A stretch of DNA of 64,000 bases from Octopus vulgaris (Eukaryota), in NCBI GenBank assembly GCA_951406725.2, contig OX597821.1, positions 73,346,001-73,410,000 of the forward strand. Direction: 5' to 3'. The translations under genes and the position numbers were made by a program. Positions 1-14,250 of the stretch are shown here, in pieces; positions within the stretch are counted from its first letter, which is position 1, and every line of letters begins with the position of its first letter. The notes under the pieces are model-generated. The model made no database searches, was not told where the DNA came from, and saw only the letters and a list, made by a program, of their open reading frames with translations.

Positions 1-288
1 GATGCCAGCGCCACCTGACTGGTGTCCGTATCGGTGACACGTAAAAGGCACCAACCGATCGTGGCCGTTTGCCAGCCTCCTCTGGCCCGTGCCAGTGGCA
101 CGTAAAAAGCACCCACTACACTCACGGAGTGGTTGGCATTAGGAAGGGCATCCAGCTGTAGAAACACTGCCAAATCAGACTGGAGCCTGGTGCAGCCTCC
201 TGGCTTCCCAGACCCCGGTCAAACCATCCAACCCATGCTAGCATGGAAAGCGGACATTAAACGATGATGATGATGATGATAATGATGA
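1..288 (+). mobile_element. Retroposon family A (RTE-type 3' tail, ~60-bp tandem units, (GAT)n end)
   Basis: gtgccggtggcacgtaaaaagcacc units, then ggttggcattaggaagggcatccagctgtagaaac...acccatgctagcatggaaagcggac and (gat)n. Confidence 0.8.
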
Positions 289-2012
289 TTCAATAAAGAG
301 TTTTCTCTCTCAGGACCATGAAACGATTTTGACTCCAGCATTAGAAATCTAACTAAGCTTTTATTTCAGCAATACAGTACCCCACACAAAATGCCTCGCT
401 GAACTATAGCTCGTTAGGGCAACTATTTAGAGTTACTTCGATGAGAATATAAGCTGTGATCCATCACATGACCTTAACCAACAACTTCAAGACATTCAAA
501 TAGGTTTTAATTCCTTTAATATACAAAAGTGTATTTTGTGTCTCTATGAAGAACAATAACACTAAGGTCCTAAATTCAACACTTACTACAGCAACTATTC
601 TGCATCCTTGAGCAAAGAATCGAATTTAGTTTGTCCCAATTTACTTGACTGACAAAAAAAAAAAAATAAAAGACTCCACCTCTATTTTACAGTTGAATAG
701 TCAGTTAACAGAACTTCCAGCTGTAAAAATAATTTCTCCTACAATAAAATCATCTCGTTCATGCAAACATGAAAATTAATTAGATGTTAATTAGTAGGAA
801 AATTAAGTCCTTTGCTCTAAATCTAATTCTGATTCATACATTTCAAAGATGTACTTTGTCTACCAAATGATTTGATTGAAGACCTTGTGTCAAAACTGAA
901 CTAACTACATCATGGAAAAAATCCATCAAAAACACACCATGCTGTTTAAATTCACTTTAAATTAAATTTATGAGATGTCAAAATTTTCATCACCCAACTG
1001 CTCAGACGCAGTTCCACAGCAACTGCAGTGACATAAATTTTAACATCTCATAAGTAAATTTTACAGCTTTGTGTGTTATTAATATTAAATTGCTCTCTCC
1101 ACCCGACACATACGCTCATAAAACTACCCAACCTCCTTTCCCCCACTGAGCCACTGTCCAAATTTTTTCTTATGCTCACCTTCCTCTACCTTGAGTCTTT
1201 GCTCTAGCAACACATCTCAACCAGCTTTATCTCCAGCTTCCTAGATACTCCTATCCTCCCTTATATAATAAGAAGTAGCCATGTATCTTCCCCCCATCAG
1301 CAACACATCTGTACTCACCCCTCTATCATACTTTTAGCCTTTCAACACCCAGCATAAAGCCACCTCCCTTATCAAACACATCCCTCCCCTTAATAGTGAG
1401 AACTTTTTCCTTTTCTTTTCTTTTTTCTCTTCTCTCTTCTTTTTGCTGTCTTGCAAATTACTTGGTGACCTCACTGCTGCTGGTGCCATGTAAAAAAACC
1501 CCAGTGCACTCTGTAAAATGGTTGGCATTAATATGATCATTCTGCCACAGAAACCAAGCCAAAACTGACACTGTGGTGTCATTGGATCCTGTCAAACCAT
1601 CCAACCCATACCAGCATGGGAAACAGATGTTAAATGATGATACATCAGAGTCATTCGAAATTTGAAAGGTCAGTCTGGTTACAGGCTGTGTCAGAGTGCA
1701 AGTATTTGCAGAATAGCTAATGGACTGATATAGTTGATTGAATGACAAAACTTTCCTCATCAAAACTGACAGAATCCATCTTTATCATAACATATATTTA
1801 TTGTCAGAACTCATCAACTGAGGAATACCAAATCTCTTCCTACCTAATAACATGGCACTGGATTCATTAGAGATGATAGAATTCAATTAGTTTAAGGTAA
1901 TGATCCTCAAGTTTTCAAAACCACTAAATTCTTATTTTCAGTCTGAGCTAGAATCATGCTTCTTCTTTAAAGTATTACATACCAAACCAAGATGTAGAAT
2001 AAATGAATTAGC

Positions 2013-2434
2013 TTGATCGTTACCAGCGTCGCCTTACTGGCACTTGTGCCTGTGCTAGTAGGGTGCCAAGAGCACCATCTGAGCGTAATCGTTGCCAGAG
2101 TGGCTAACTGGCTTCCGTGTAGGTGGCACGTAAAAGGCACCATTCGAGCGTGATCATTACCAGCGTCGCCTTACTGACACCTGTGATGGTGACATGTGTA
2201 AAAAGATCTGAGCGAGGTCGTTGCCAGTACCGGCTCCATGCCGGTGGCATGTAAAAAAAGCACCCACTACACTCTCGGAGTGGTTGGCATTAGGAAGGGC
2301 ATCCAGCTGTAGAAACTCTGCCTGATCAAGATTGAAGCCTGGTGCAGCCATCTGGTTCGCCAGCCCTCAGTCAAAATCGTTCAACCCATGCTAGCATGGA
2401 AAGCAGACATTAAATTATGATGATGATGATGATG
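2013..2434 (+). mobile_element. Retroposon family A copy
   Basis: Same tandem units and (GAT)n tail as 1-288. Confidence 0.8.
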
Positions 2435-3217
2435 ACAGAGTATTGTTTAATTATTGAAATACCAGACAAACTCTACAAGAACAGTAATGAGAAAGATTAT
2501 TGTTGGTGATTACTGACACCAAGTCATACATTTTGGGAGGTGACAGTTTATGAAACCAACCTCAGCACCTGACAAGTGCTTCTTTTATCTTTGGCTTGTT
2601 TCAGTCCATTAGACCATGCCCATGCTGGGGCAATGCACCGAAAAATTTTTAGCCAATGGAACTGCCCCTCGCCTGCATTGTACCTATTTTTATACATATC
2701 GGTCTGTTTTGTTGAACTGCTGAGTTATAGGGATGTAAACACACCAACACTGGTTGTCAACTAGTGGTGGAAAACAAACAAAAACACACACACAGACAGA
2801 TTTACAAATAAGATGGGCTTCTTTCAGTTTCCATCTAGGAAATCCACTCACAAAGCTTTGGTCAACCTGAAGCTATAGTAGAAGACACTTGCCCAAGGTG
2901 GCACGCAGTGGGACTGAACCTGGAACCATGTGGTTTGTAAGCAGGCTACTTACCACACAGCCACTCCTACACCTACCATTGTACAGAATTGGAACTAAAT
3001 ATCAGAAAGTCTGCTGCTCTACAGATTCTCCCAATCAACCTTATCTCAATTGTTATTTTGTCTGTTTTTGGGTGGGGTTTTTTTGGTTCTTTTATTTTCT
3101 CTAATGTTATTTCTTTATTTAGTTCCCATCTAATTCTATTCATCCAGTTGGTTTACAAAATATCTCACAGATTCTTCCAGAATTGTTCTGAAGACACAAA
3201 ACCCAAACTGTGCCTAC

Positions 3218-5385
3218 CTGAGTCCCGATTAGAGTCGTTCTCTCCATCCGAGATGTCCATTTCGTTCTGGTTTTCATTGCCACCTGGTTGGGTGGCATGC
3301 GTATGAGGTGGAGGAGGTGGAGGGACATGTTCCAATATCATTTGAGGCGGGGGGCCTGTTGTTTCAACATCAGAACTTTTGCCATCAGGGGGAAGAGGTG
3401 GAAACAGCGGCGGCGGCGGTGGTGGTGGAGCTGTGTTCTGAGGTGGGGGGGTCTGAGAAATCTGATGCATTGGCAAAGGTGGCTGGCATTGTGGCGCTGG
3501 TGGGGGCTGCTGCTGCTGCTGCTGTGATGGGGTCTGTTGTTGCAGCGGTGGAGGGGGAGGTGCCTGTGATGTATCTTCATTTGTTTGAACAGCAGCAGCT
3601 CCTGATGACATTGCCTCACGTTGGGCAATCCATTGTTTGGCCAGTTCAGCCCAGTCAACTGTTAGAAAAACAAAGAAGAAAAGAAATGGTCATTTACAAG
3701 ACAACGATGATGATGATGATGATGATGATGATGAGTAACAATATAGCTCCCTTACAACAAGAAACCTGTTCTCTTCCATCTCCTCTTATACTTTAACCCT
3801 CATCTCCTAGCATAAAACCCCTACCTCTCCCTCTACTGTAACCCCACTCTTGCCAGCTGCATGGCAACCTCACTAGTGCTGGTGCCACATAAAAAAAGAA
3901 CCCAGTAAAATGGCTCACATTAGGAAGGGCCTGCTGGCCATAGAAGTCATGCCAAAGTAGATATTGGAGCACAATGCAGTCCTTGGACCTATTGGATCCT
4001 GCTGAGCTTTCCAACCACAGCCAGCATGGAACATGGGTGCTAGATGATGATGACGACAACGATAATGATGATGATGATAAAAGTAAATTATTACACATAA
4101 TTTGAATTAACATTGAAATGATAGTAGGATCAATTTAGTAAAAAATATAACCAATCTTAAACCATCATTAAGCTTTGGTACTTACAAACAATTCCATTAA
4201 AACACAAAACTGCATTTGAATAAGCTTACAGACATCTAAAATGCAACAGCTCACACACAATTGTGCAACAGTTATGATATCATTATAAATGGGAGATGAA
4301 TTCTATACCCATTGATTGTAGAGATGGAATTGTACAATCAAAAGAGGAAAATATGTTCATAGTCTTTAATTTGGATGAGGGAATGGCATTCAGAGTATTG
4401 TTTATTGGTACACATTGTTTTGAATTAACCATGAATTATCTAATAACTTTGAAAATCTGATGATGTAGCAGTTAATTTTTAGAATGACATCGGTAGGTGT
4501 GAAAAGTCAGATCCCATTGGCTTGAATATGAAATAGGTAGGAACGTAAAAAGCACCATTCGAAAGTGATCGTTGCCAGCGTTGCCTTACTGGCACATGTG
4601 CCAGTGGCACATGAAAAACAACATTCGAGCGTGGTTGTTGCCAGTGCCGCTGGAGTGGCTCCTGTGCAGGTAGCACGTAAAAAATACCTTCTGCGTGTGG
4701 TCGTTGCCAGAACTGCCTGACTGGCCCTTGTGCCGGTGGCACGTAAAAGCACCCACTACACTCTTGCAGTGGTTGGCATTAGGAAGGGCATCCAGCTGTA
4801 GAAACTTTGCCAGATCAGATTAGAGCCTGGTGTAGCCTCCTGGCTCACCATTCCTCAGTCAAACTGAGGAGTGATTCATCAGGCTGCATTGTTGATTTTA
4901 AATCTCTTAACAGAAAAAGCCAGCCAGTTAGGGGGTCAACACCATATTTAACCCTTTAGCATTTAAACCAGCCATATCCGGCCAAAAGTATTCTGCCTGT
5001 TTTATGTTCAAACTGGCCAGATCTGGTCTCTCACACCAACCCTACAATATCGTTTTAACAATTAACAGCTACCTCATTAGAATCTCATAGCTACAAGATA
5101 ATGCCTGATTAGTTCAAGGCAATGTGGATAAAAAAGGATTAATTTTGGCAGAATAATGCGAACACTAAAGGGTTAAAAGGGATTGGAACTCTGCTAAAGC
5201 TATCAAAACTGAAGATAAACACTGATCCTGAAGACTCTTCTGATTCAAAAAAAAATTTTGAGAACAATGCAAAAAAAAAAAACCCCCGAAAATAAATGGG
5301 GTCTGTTTTACTTACCTTGTTCACTCGGGACATTCTGATAAGCTGCTTGCTGTAATGGCCAAGGACCCCAATGGTTAGCCCACAT
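3218..5385 (-). CDS. PNISR: Arginine/serine-rich splicing protein PNISR (SFRS18), first two coding exons: 5385-5316 (exon acceptor at 5411) and 3658-3218; gene continues beyond the left edge
   Basis: Spliced translation MWANHWGPWPLQQAAYQNVPSEQ-V-DWAELAKQWIAQREAMSSG followed by a Pro/Gln-rich stretch matches the PNISR N-terminal motif (human ...IDWAALAQAWIAQRE). Junctions are ttttcag|ATC, CAAG|gtaagt, ctaacag|TT and CAG|gtaggc, and the phase-1 join G+TT gives Val. Confidence 0.88.
4538..4866 (+). mobile_element. Retroposon family A copy, 3' truncated
   Basis: Tandem units plus conserved core; no tail. Confidence 0.75.
4952..5172. mobile_element. piggyBac-type MITE with TTAA target-site duplication
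   Basis: TTAA|CCCTTTAG ... CTAAAGGG|TTAA. Related sequence recurs near 43620, 49080-49280, 50725-50850 and 61980-62170. Confidence 0.8.
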
Positions 5386-5904
5386 CTTTTCATTAAATAT
5401 ACAAAACTGATCTGAAAACAGGAAAAAAAAAAACAATCACATAAAAATACATAATTCAATATTGCTGAAATGGTTTATTCTGTCTCACTACCAACCTCCC
5501 CACTTCCTCCACCATACAAACAGTTCTTGTATGTTCTATTTTTTTTTTTTGTTTTACCCTCATTTTTTTTATAACTGAATGTCTGAGAGGACATTTTTTA
5601 ATAACATAATTGTTTACTATAAATGTTATATCATTCATATTGCTAACCACACAACTCTGTGAAGTACAAATGGAACCTGTATTTTGTCATTCAAGCCAAC
5701 TAGAGCCAAGTTCTCATCCCACAATATTGGCCTACACTGGGGCAATGGGTTGGGAATATCTCATGGCTGTGGTGGTCACACACCTGATAAATTGGGGAAA
5801 AACACATTGCTACCTTTAGTCAATCAGGCCTCAAAACCACTGATACCACTAATGTGTCCAAAGTTGATTTTTTAGATGTTTCCCTTGATCTAAACTCTCA
5901 CTCT

Positions 5905-6790
5905 TATAAGCCCTACCATAAACCAAAGAAGCTCTTTTAAATATACAAACAATTCTGGTACCACCACCCCTATTGTGCTTAAAAATCTGATAGCTAACAT
6001 CAGTAATAGGATATCTAATCGTTCATCTTCTAAAGAAATATTTGAAAAGGCAGGCCCCCCTACATTAACAATGCTCTAGCTAACAGTGGCTTCATAGATA
6101 AGATATATTACAACCCTTCAAATATAAATACAAAACCTAAAAATAGACCTAGGAAAATAATACGGTTCACCACCCTCTCCCATATTGTTAAATCTAGCAC
6201 AGATTTAACAATAAGTATTTCCCAATATACCATAAATACAAGGAGATTTTTAATAGGCACTTGATAAAAATATCATACAGCTGCTGCCCCATATGAAGAA
6301 CATTATTACTTGTAAACATCACCAAGAGACCACTCCCAGTTTTAACTGTCAAGACCCTGAAGCTTGCCCACTTGATTAGTCATGTATGATAAACTCTGTC
6401 AGCTATAAGGCAGAAGTCACAGCAATGCTTGAAGATAATTGAGAAGAAAAATTACAACTGGTTATGCAAAGATGGTTTCAAAAGACATTATGCAAACCAC
6501 CAGTTTTCTTTCCAGCACAATGGCAAAAGTAAAGCCACAGAGTTGGCTAGGGTGTATGGGTTTTGAAGATCAACTGAATACCACATACAAACAAGGGGAG
6601 AATCACAGAGAAATCCATGCAATATGTAAATGGTTCTAAGAAATGCAACTTATGTGTAGCTGAAATATTTCTTTTTAGATCCAGGAATTCCACCACACAA
6701 TTCCAGATCCAAATTTTCAGCAAATGCAAGTATATGGACAAATTTCTTTTGACAAACTGGAAGACACCATCCTCTCTGAATTGAACAGAC
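5905..6790 (+). mobile_element. Degenerate Penelope-like element fragment (linker and GIY-YIG endonuclease region)
   Basis: Remnant peptides PYHKP, NRPRKIIRF, KYFP.YHKYKEIFNRHLIKISYSC, NC..CPLD..CMINSVSYKAEV, FKRHYANHQFSF and CNLCVAE resemble Penelope ORF C-termini; heavily frameshifted. Confidence 0.7.
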
Positions 6791-7491
6791 TTTGGAACCC
6801 TCTCCATTGAATCATTCTACAACTAATTTAATTATGACTTCTTCAGTCAAAGGAGATGTAACTCTAATTTCAATTCTTTTGTTTTCTTCTTTAATTTTTA
6901 TTCAACCTTCCACTTTTTGTATCAACCTTCTGTATGTATATATATATTACACAGAGACACCTCATGGACAGCAGATCCAATGAGAAAGCCTGGAAGTAGT
7001 CACTCAACAAGCAATAAATAATAATCAGATTTTTCCATCTAATTACACCATACTCCTGAAAAAAAGGACAGGAAGGTCACAGCCAGTTTGCCTTTAATTT
7101 AGATCCTCTAAACAAGGGTAACAACAACATAATGGTAAGGTTTTAACTAATGTTAACGTGGCCATCACCTCAAAACCATTAAAACACTGGATTAGTGTGT
7201 GTGTGTGTGTATGCATGAGCGTGTGTTCTTTTACTAATTTCAGAGCTTGGTGAAGTCCTATAGCTTGCCAGCTCCTGTCAAACCACCCGACCCATGCCTA
7301 CTTGGTAAGCAGACGTATGATGATGATGATGATGATGGTGATATTTTTCTCCATCTGATATGATTTAATAAAGACGTAATTCATCAAACAATCCACACTT
7401 TTAGTTGACAATGTTTCAGTGTTTTATCCACAGGTTATATTTTCACTAAATTGGACTAAATTTAACAATACTAAATTAACCATTTATTTTC

Positions 7492-7680
7492 TGTGCCGGT
7501 GGCACGTAAAAAGCACCCACTACACTCTCAGAGTGGTTGGCATTAGGAAGGGCACCCAGCTGTAGAAACTCTGCCAGATCAAGATTGGAGCCTGGTGCAG
7601 CCATCTGGTTCACCAGCCCTCAGTCAAAATCGTCCGACCCATGCTAGCATGGAAAGCGGATGTTAAATGATGATGATGAT
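7492..7680 (+). mobile_element. Retroposon family A copy, 5' truncated
   Basis: Core plus (GAT)n tail. Confidence 0.8.
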
Positions 7681-10600
7681 ATATACTATTTCTGTATAGA
7701 CATTTATTTATATTTACATGTACAGGCACATAGACACTCATGAACTCACACATACTCATAGGAAATAATAATTGGTAATTTATATACAGATATATTATTT
7801 TTGGAGATGTACTCGCATAGCAAGTGATTTGATCTGAGATCGTGTGCTGAAACGAAAACAATTGCAGCGCAGCACGGATTTTTGTCAGTGAACAGGTCGC
7901 GGATTTTAGCGACGAAAATATTTTGACAAATTAAACTTAAATGTTGAAGTGAATCGAACGGCTTTTGTGTGTTTCTTAAATGGCTTACAAACACCTTCCA
8001 CGCTGCAATTGTTATATTATTTTTAATTAAGCTCAAAAGACAGAGAAACACAAGCACACACTCAGCTAACACACGTATCATCACAAAATCACACAAATGG
8101 AGTCAAATACACACAGACACCAAAACAGAAAAAAAATCTCCAAAAAAATTCATCTTTCATAATATAATGAATAGTTTTGCACCACTAAAGGACAAACACA
8201 GACATACACACTGCTAAAAGGATTAAAAATAATATTAGTAATTGTTCTAAATTTGTCTTTTTCTTATCCTGGAATTGTTTCTGTATTCAGTTGTGTATAT
8301 ATGTGTGTATATTCATTGGAGAGACCTCTTTACATGTTTCTATAATAACTAGGATAAACGTTCAAGAAATGCTGTGAATTACATTGAGACTTTCCATGCA
8401 AATTGTTTCAGAAGCTACATGTATTTCTATAAATATTTCTACAAGCCATCAGGAAGCTTCTACATGGTTACTTGAAACAGCAACCTTATTAACCTCAAAA
8501 CACTCTGTACTCTCTTAAATAATCCTTTCTACTATAGGCACAAGGCCTGAAATTTTGGGGGAGGTGGAGATGAGTCAATTACATCGACCCCTGCGTTCAG
8601 TTCAACTGGTACTTAATTTATCAATCCCAAAAGGATGAAAAGCAAAGTTGACCTCACCAGAATTTGAACTCAGAATGTAATGACAGGCAAAATACTGCTA
8701 AGCATTTTGCCTGGTGTGCTAACAATTCTGCCAGCATACCACCTTTGCATTCTCTTAAATAACGGCAGGATGGTCACAATGAAACACCTTTCAGTATATG
8801 TCTGCTTACTTAGTGCCAACAAGGAACTAAACTACACTAAACATTGTAAATCACAACTAAATTAAGGACCATCTAGCTGTTTGGCAAATATTCCTTCACT
8901 AGCATGCTGCAAAGATTAGTAAAGACCTGATATTTTTTCCCATCTCTTTTATTATTATTATTCATCGTTTAACGTCTGGGAAGCCAGGAGGCTGCACCAG
9001 GCTCCAATCTGATCTGGCAGTGTTTCTACAGCTGGATGCCCTTCCTAATGCCATTCCCACAATTACACCAACAGTTTTGTCCCTTTGAACTCATAACTCA
9101 TGTGCCATCAATGCCCAAGTCCACATTGAAGCACAAACTGCTCCTCTTCTTAAATCCTGTCTCACCTTTTCAGTAAACTAAACAAATGCTCTCTAGCTAG
9201 TCACCACCAATCTTTTTACCCTCAACCTATAGCTAACTTTTTAAATTTGCTAACAGGTAAGAGAGAGGGAGCACTATAGAACTGATGAACATTTTCCTGC
9301 AGGGTAATACTAGCATATCCAGGAAGATTTATTTCGCTTGCTTACCCTCAAGAAAATCAGGATAAATTGGTCCTTTAGAACTTTATGATTTAGATTAGAT
9401 TAAGCAGTTATCCCTAACAGCATGGGATCTATAAAAAAAGGATACAAGCATTGCCTCTCTTATTTGCACAAAGAGATATAACCACAACATTGTGAGAATA
9501 ACCACAAAATATTAGACAAATACATGTTTATACCAACCAACAAGAAAGATTCCAATATGATTGCTGAACATGCTAGAAACCGCAGATAAATCTACCTCAA
9601 AACACCAGGTCTTCTTAGAAAAGAGGAAACATTAAATGACTCTAAATAGTAGGGCTAAAGGATGGTCACCGTTGGAACATCTGCTTAAAACAAAGCTGAC
9701 TGACCCTAGGCTAAACAACAATAAACATTAAAGTGAATGATGTGAACATGGAATGTAAGAAATATTGAACAAATATTGATTTCTTCAATTGGTGGCAAAA
9801 GACAATAAATTTTTAGAAAGGAGGAGAATCAATTCAATCACCTTTCAATATTATCGATTCTCATAATTATTGATCTCAGAAGGATGAAAGATAAATTTAA
9901 CTCCCAACACAATTTGAACTCAGGAATTCAATTAAAGATAATTAAATTCTTCACAAATATTCTGTTGATTCTACTATCCATCCTCTCTCTGCTAAATTGG
10001 CAGAAATGATAGACAAATAAATGCCTCAACAACATTTGCTTTCATCATTTTAACAACTATTTTCCATTTTCGTTTGGCTTTGATGCGTTTGTAATACATT
10101 TCATCTAAAAAGTGATGACTGCTTGAATTCATCTGCATTATAAGCTACTCCCACCCACCCTTATATAGTGCTGGGTAGCCATGTATCTTCTCTATAGCAA
10201 GACACCTGTGCTTGTCCCTCTATCATACCTGAACCCCCTTCAAAACCTGGCATAAAACCACCTCTCTACCACTTAAGGTGCTTTTTCCTTTCCTAAATTT
10301 AAAAAAAATTTAGCAAGGTACTTGACAACCTCATTTGTGCCAGTGACATGAAAAGCACCCAGGACACACTGTAAAGTGGTTGGCGTTAGGAAGGGCATCC
10401 AGCCAGATTTCATCAAACCATCCAACCAACACAGGCACGAGAGACAGACATACAGTGTTGTTGATGCTATTTACTAGCTCAAAACTTACTGGGGACACAT
10501 TGTGTCTTTTAATTACTCCGGCATTGATAAAATAAAGTCCCAGTCAACCATTCCACCAACTGATTGCACATCTGCCTTCCAAATTTCTGTCTGTGAGCCA

Positions 10601-10757
10601 AAGAAAGAAATCAATAACTACATCACTGCAGTGTGATGAATAGAAAAATCTGGCGGCAGAGAAATCTCAAAAGATGAACCAATAAAGCTATTATAGTAGT
10701 GAGTTAAAACCACATATGCTAAGTGAACTTGTAGAATCAGTAGAGCATCAGAAAGAA

Positions 10758-11160
10758 TGTGGCTGTGTGGTAAGTAGCTTGCTTACCAACTACATGGACC
10801 CGGGTTCAGTCCTACTGCATGGCACCTCGGGCAAATATCTTTTACTATAGCCTTGGGTTGACCAAAGCCTTGTGAGTGGATTTGGTAGACGGAAACTGGA
10901 AGAAGCCCATTGTATATGTATATATATGCAGATGTGTGTGTGTGTGTGTATGTTTGTGTGTCTGTGTTTGTCCCCCCACCAACATCACTTGACAACCGAT
11001 GCTGGTGTGTTTTCGTCCCTGTCACTTAGTGGTTCAGCAAGAGAGACCAATATAATAAGTACTAGGCTTACAACGAATAAGTCCTGGGCTCGATTTGCTC
11101 GACTAAAGGTGGTGCTCCAGCATGGCTGCAGTCAAATGACTGAAACAAGTAAAAGAGTCC
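10758..11160 (+). mobile_element. tRNA-derived SINE family B copy (others at 2570-2970 minus, 14735-15025, 16025-16168 minus, 52760-52940, 61500-61735 minus)
   Basis: tggctgtgtggtaag...gggttcagtcc...ggcacctcgggcaaat head and gtgctccagcatggc tail. Confidence 0.8.
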
Positions 11161-11656
11161 TGTTCTCTGCATTCTGATTTCAAATCCTGCCAAAGTCACC
11201 TTTCCCTCACATCCTTTAATTGTTAATAAATAAAGAACAAGTTCAGGTAAAAGACCCACAGATCTGTTTGAATGGTGGACAAGATGTCCTGCAGCATATA
11301 TTCTGGCACTTTGCATTCCAATTTCAAATTCCAACATCCCATGTGGGAAACGAGTCTCTCAGGGCCCAGCTAAGGGGAGAGGGCCTCAATGTCAGATAGA
11401 ACGGTATGTTAACTAAGGTAATATCTTGGTTGCATCAATAAAAATAGGTTGGTTCTGCATAGAGAAGGATAAAACCCTAGGAGAGAAAGTTCACACCACA
11501 AGTTACTGACTGAGCACACATATACACCCATCCGCTCATATATATCATCATCATCATCATCATATATATATATATATATATATAGAAATTCGGGGTGAGT
11601 ACTTGATAATTATAAGCACCTGTGTATACCGTTTGGTGGTGTAGGTGGTGGAGTAA

Positions 11657-11780
11657 ATTGATCAAAATAAAATAAAAACATGATGCGAAGGATTCAGCGG
11701 CATAAATCTGTCTAATAAAGGCCCGAAACATATGTACCGCTGAATCCTTCGCATCATGTTTTTATTTTATTTTGATCAAT
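11657..11780. repeat. Perfect 44-bp inverted repeat with a 36-nt loop
   Basis: 11657-11700 is the exact reverse complement of 11737-11780. Confidence 0.9.
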
Positions 11781-13689
11781 ATATATATATATATATATAG
11801 GGAGAATTCACGAAAAAAACAAGACAAACACAGGTGGTGTACAAAACATATGTATTATTATAACGCTCAGGAAATGAAAAAGTCTTTAACGTTTCGAGCC
11901 TACGCTCTTCTACAGAAAGGAACACAGAAAAAAAGAAGGAGAGAAAAAAAAATGTGTGTAGTGGCTACTGATATATATATATCATCATCATCATTTAACA
12001 TCCACTTTCCATTCTGGCATGGGTGGATGGTTTGACATACATATATATATATATAACAAAGTATATATACAGACTTTTTGCCCTACAGTAGAAATAAGAA
12101 GAACAACAACAACTGTCGCTGCCACCACCATCATCATTACAACAGTAAATGAGGGCAGTGTATTGGCAGAATCATTAGAACAGTGGAAGCAATTCTTTAT
12201 TTCTTCTGGCCCTTTATGTACTGAGTGTAAATCCTGCTGAAGTCAACTCTGCCTCTCATCCCTCTGGGGGCCAATAAGGTAAAACACTAGTTAACTACTT
12301 GTGTTGATGGTATAATAAACTTATGTCCCTGGCTCGTACTTAAATTAGAAACAATTATAACAGTGGTGACACCCCCACCCCACCCCAGACGAAATATTTA
12401 ACTACATTCCTGTAGGTTTCAAGTTATAATTTTGCTCAGGTCAACCGGTGCTTTTCCATTCCTTTAGGATCGACAAATCACATACCAGTCGGTTACTACA
12501 AAAGGAGTAGGACTATCCTAGAGTCATACCTCGTTATGTAATTAATTACTCTATCCCCTGAGTTTGAAATATTCAGTTCATCTCATGCACTGAATACTTA
12601 AAAAGAACAACGAGAACAAAATGAATGATGGAACCCCAACCATCAAGAAATATACATTCAATCCTTAAATATTTGTTCTCTAACGCTGGCTGATCATTCT
12701 GTTCTATATTTAAGAGATGAGGAATTATGTGCATTATTTACATTATTTTGACATTTGATGTTTGACAGATATTTGTCCTCATCTTGAGTCTCACATGCTG
12801 CCCCTCCATAAAATCATTTTTGTGAAAAAGAAACCATTAAAGCTTAGATAATATATCTGAGAATCAGCAAAAAAACAAAAAACATAAATGCAGATATAAG
12901 GGACATTTCAATACTTTTTAACATGTATCACCAGCGATCCCTGCAATACAGAATAAAGATGATATTTGTTCTATACTGCAGGAGACACCAGTCACAGCCA
13001 TATTATAAATCAATAGACTAGTTTATATTAGTGAACTAGAACACATTATGTGGTTAAAAAAACAGTTTTTTGAAATGCATAACCTATAACAAAATTAGTC
13101 CACTGTTGCAAAAGAAAATATGGCACAAAATGGGTTTCATGAGTTAAATGCCTTAGTTTTACTTCTGACAGCTTTGTATTCCATTTAATGTTGAATTTTA
13201 GCTTATATGTAACCAAAATTAAAAATCATTATCTAACTTCCATATTCCGTGCTAGATTTATTACTGATAAAGCTGTACTGCTGTGTAGACAGCTGTCATA
13301 TATTTGCAGTATTCATATTTTGTTCAATTTATTGACAAGTCCCAATTTATTTTGATTGCAAAAGCGATCAATGTTCGCATTGTTCCACACCTTCTTGTCA
13401 GGTGAGACGAATATATGAATATTTAATCTCTTTCCATTGCATTAGCCAACATCATCTACTCCGCAAACTATAAAGGTCATCTTTATATTTTCCATTTCGA
13501 ATCCATTATTGTAACTACAGGCAAGTTTACTTTTCTTTGTAACTTCAATTATAAATTTGGTAACAAGGTACAATACTGCATATAAATTAAAGAGTAGTGA
13601 TAGAGCTTGGGAGGCAAAAGAAGGGCTGCAGATTAGCCCCGAAAGGACCAAAGCTATGTCAACTGGAGGTATCCAAGACACAACTTGTC

Positions 13690-14250
13690 AATCTCAGACA
13701 TGATGAAAAAGAGTATGTCAATATGTTTACTCATCTCAGAAGCTCTATCACCAATAAGACTGATGCAGAAGTTGAAGTCAAGATGAGGAGAGGTAGAGCA
13801 ATGTTAATATTCCAATGCTTTCGTCCAATATGAAGATCAAAAGCCATCAGTAAGAAGATAAAGCTGCGGCTATACTCAATTATTGTTATGCCTACAGCCA
13901 CCTACACCTCTGAAACTTGGAAGAAGACAGTGAAGATCTCTCAACTGCTGGACATGTTCTATTGGTGCTGCCTACATTCAACCCTGGGCAACTCTCACCA
14001 GGACTGAGAGAGAGAAAGAAAAAGAGGTGACGAGAAGTTGCCATGGGAAGTTTGCAGGATGTGGTGACCAAGCAACGGATATGGTTAACTAGCCATGTGC
14101 TTCAATTACCACAGGGGAGACATGATACTATCATGATGGAGCGGACACCAGAAGGAGGAAAAAGACCAAGAAAGACGTGCAGCGATATGCTCCAGTATGA
14201 AATGATAGTGTTGGGAGTTGACCCAAGTGGAGTACAAGAGGCACAAATCC
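13690..14250 (+). mobile_element. Old RTE-like LINE 3' ORF fragment
   Basis: HLRSSIT..EVKMRRGRA..F..ISKKIKLRLYSIIVMPTATYTSETW and ERTPEGGKRPRKT resemble RTE/BovB C-terminal motifs; contains in-frame stops. Confidence 0.7.

Noticed and set aside
3288-3796. Plus-strand ORFs of 79 and 162 aa
   Set aside because: Antisense shadows of the Pro/Gln-rich PNISR exon.
5139-5459. Track ORF ISFVYLMKRCGLTIGVLGHYSKQ...
   Set aside because: Wrong frame of the PNISR exon; the frame MWANHWGPW... splices in phase to the DWAELAKQW exon.
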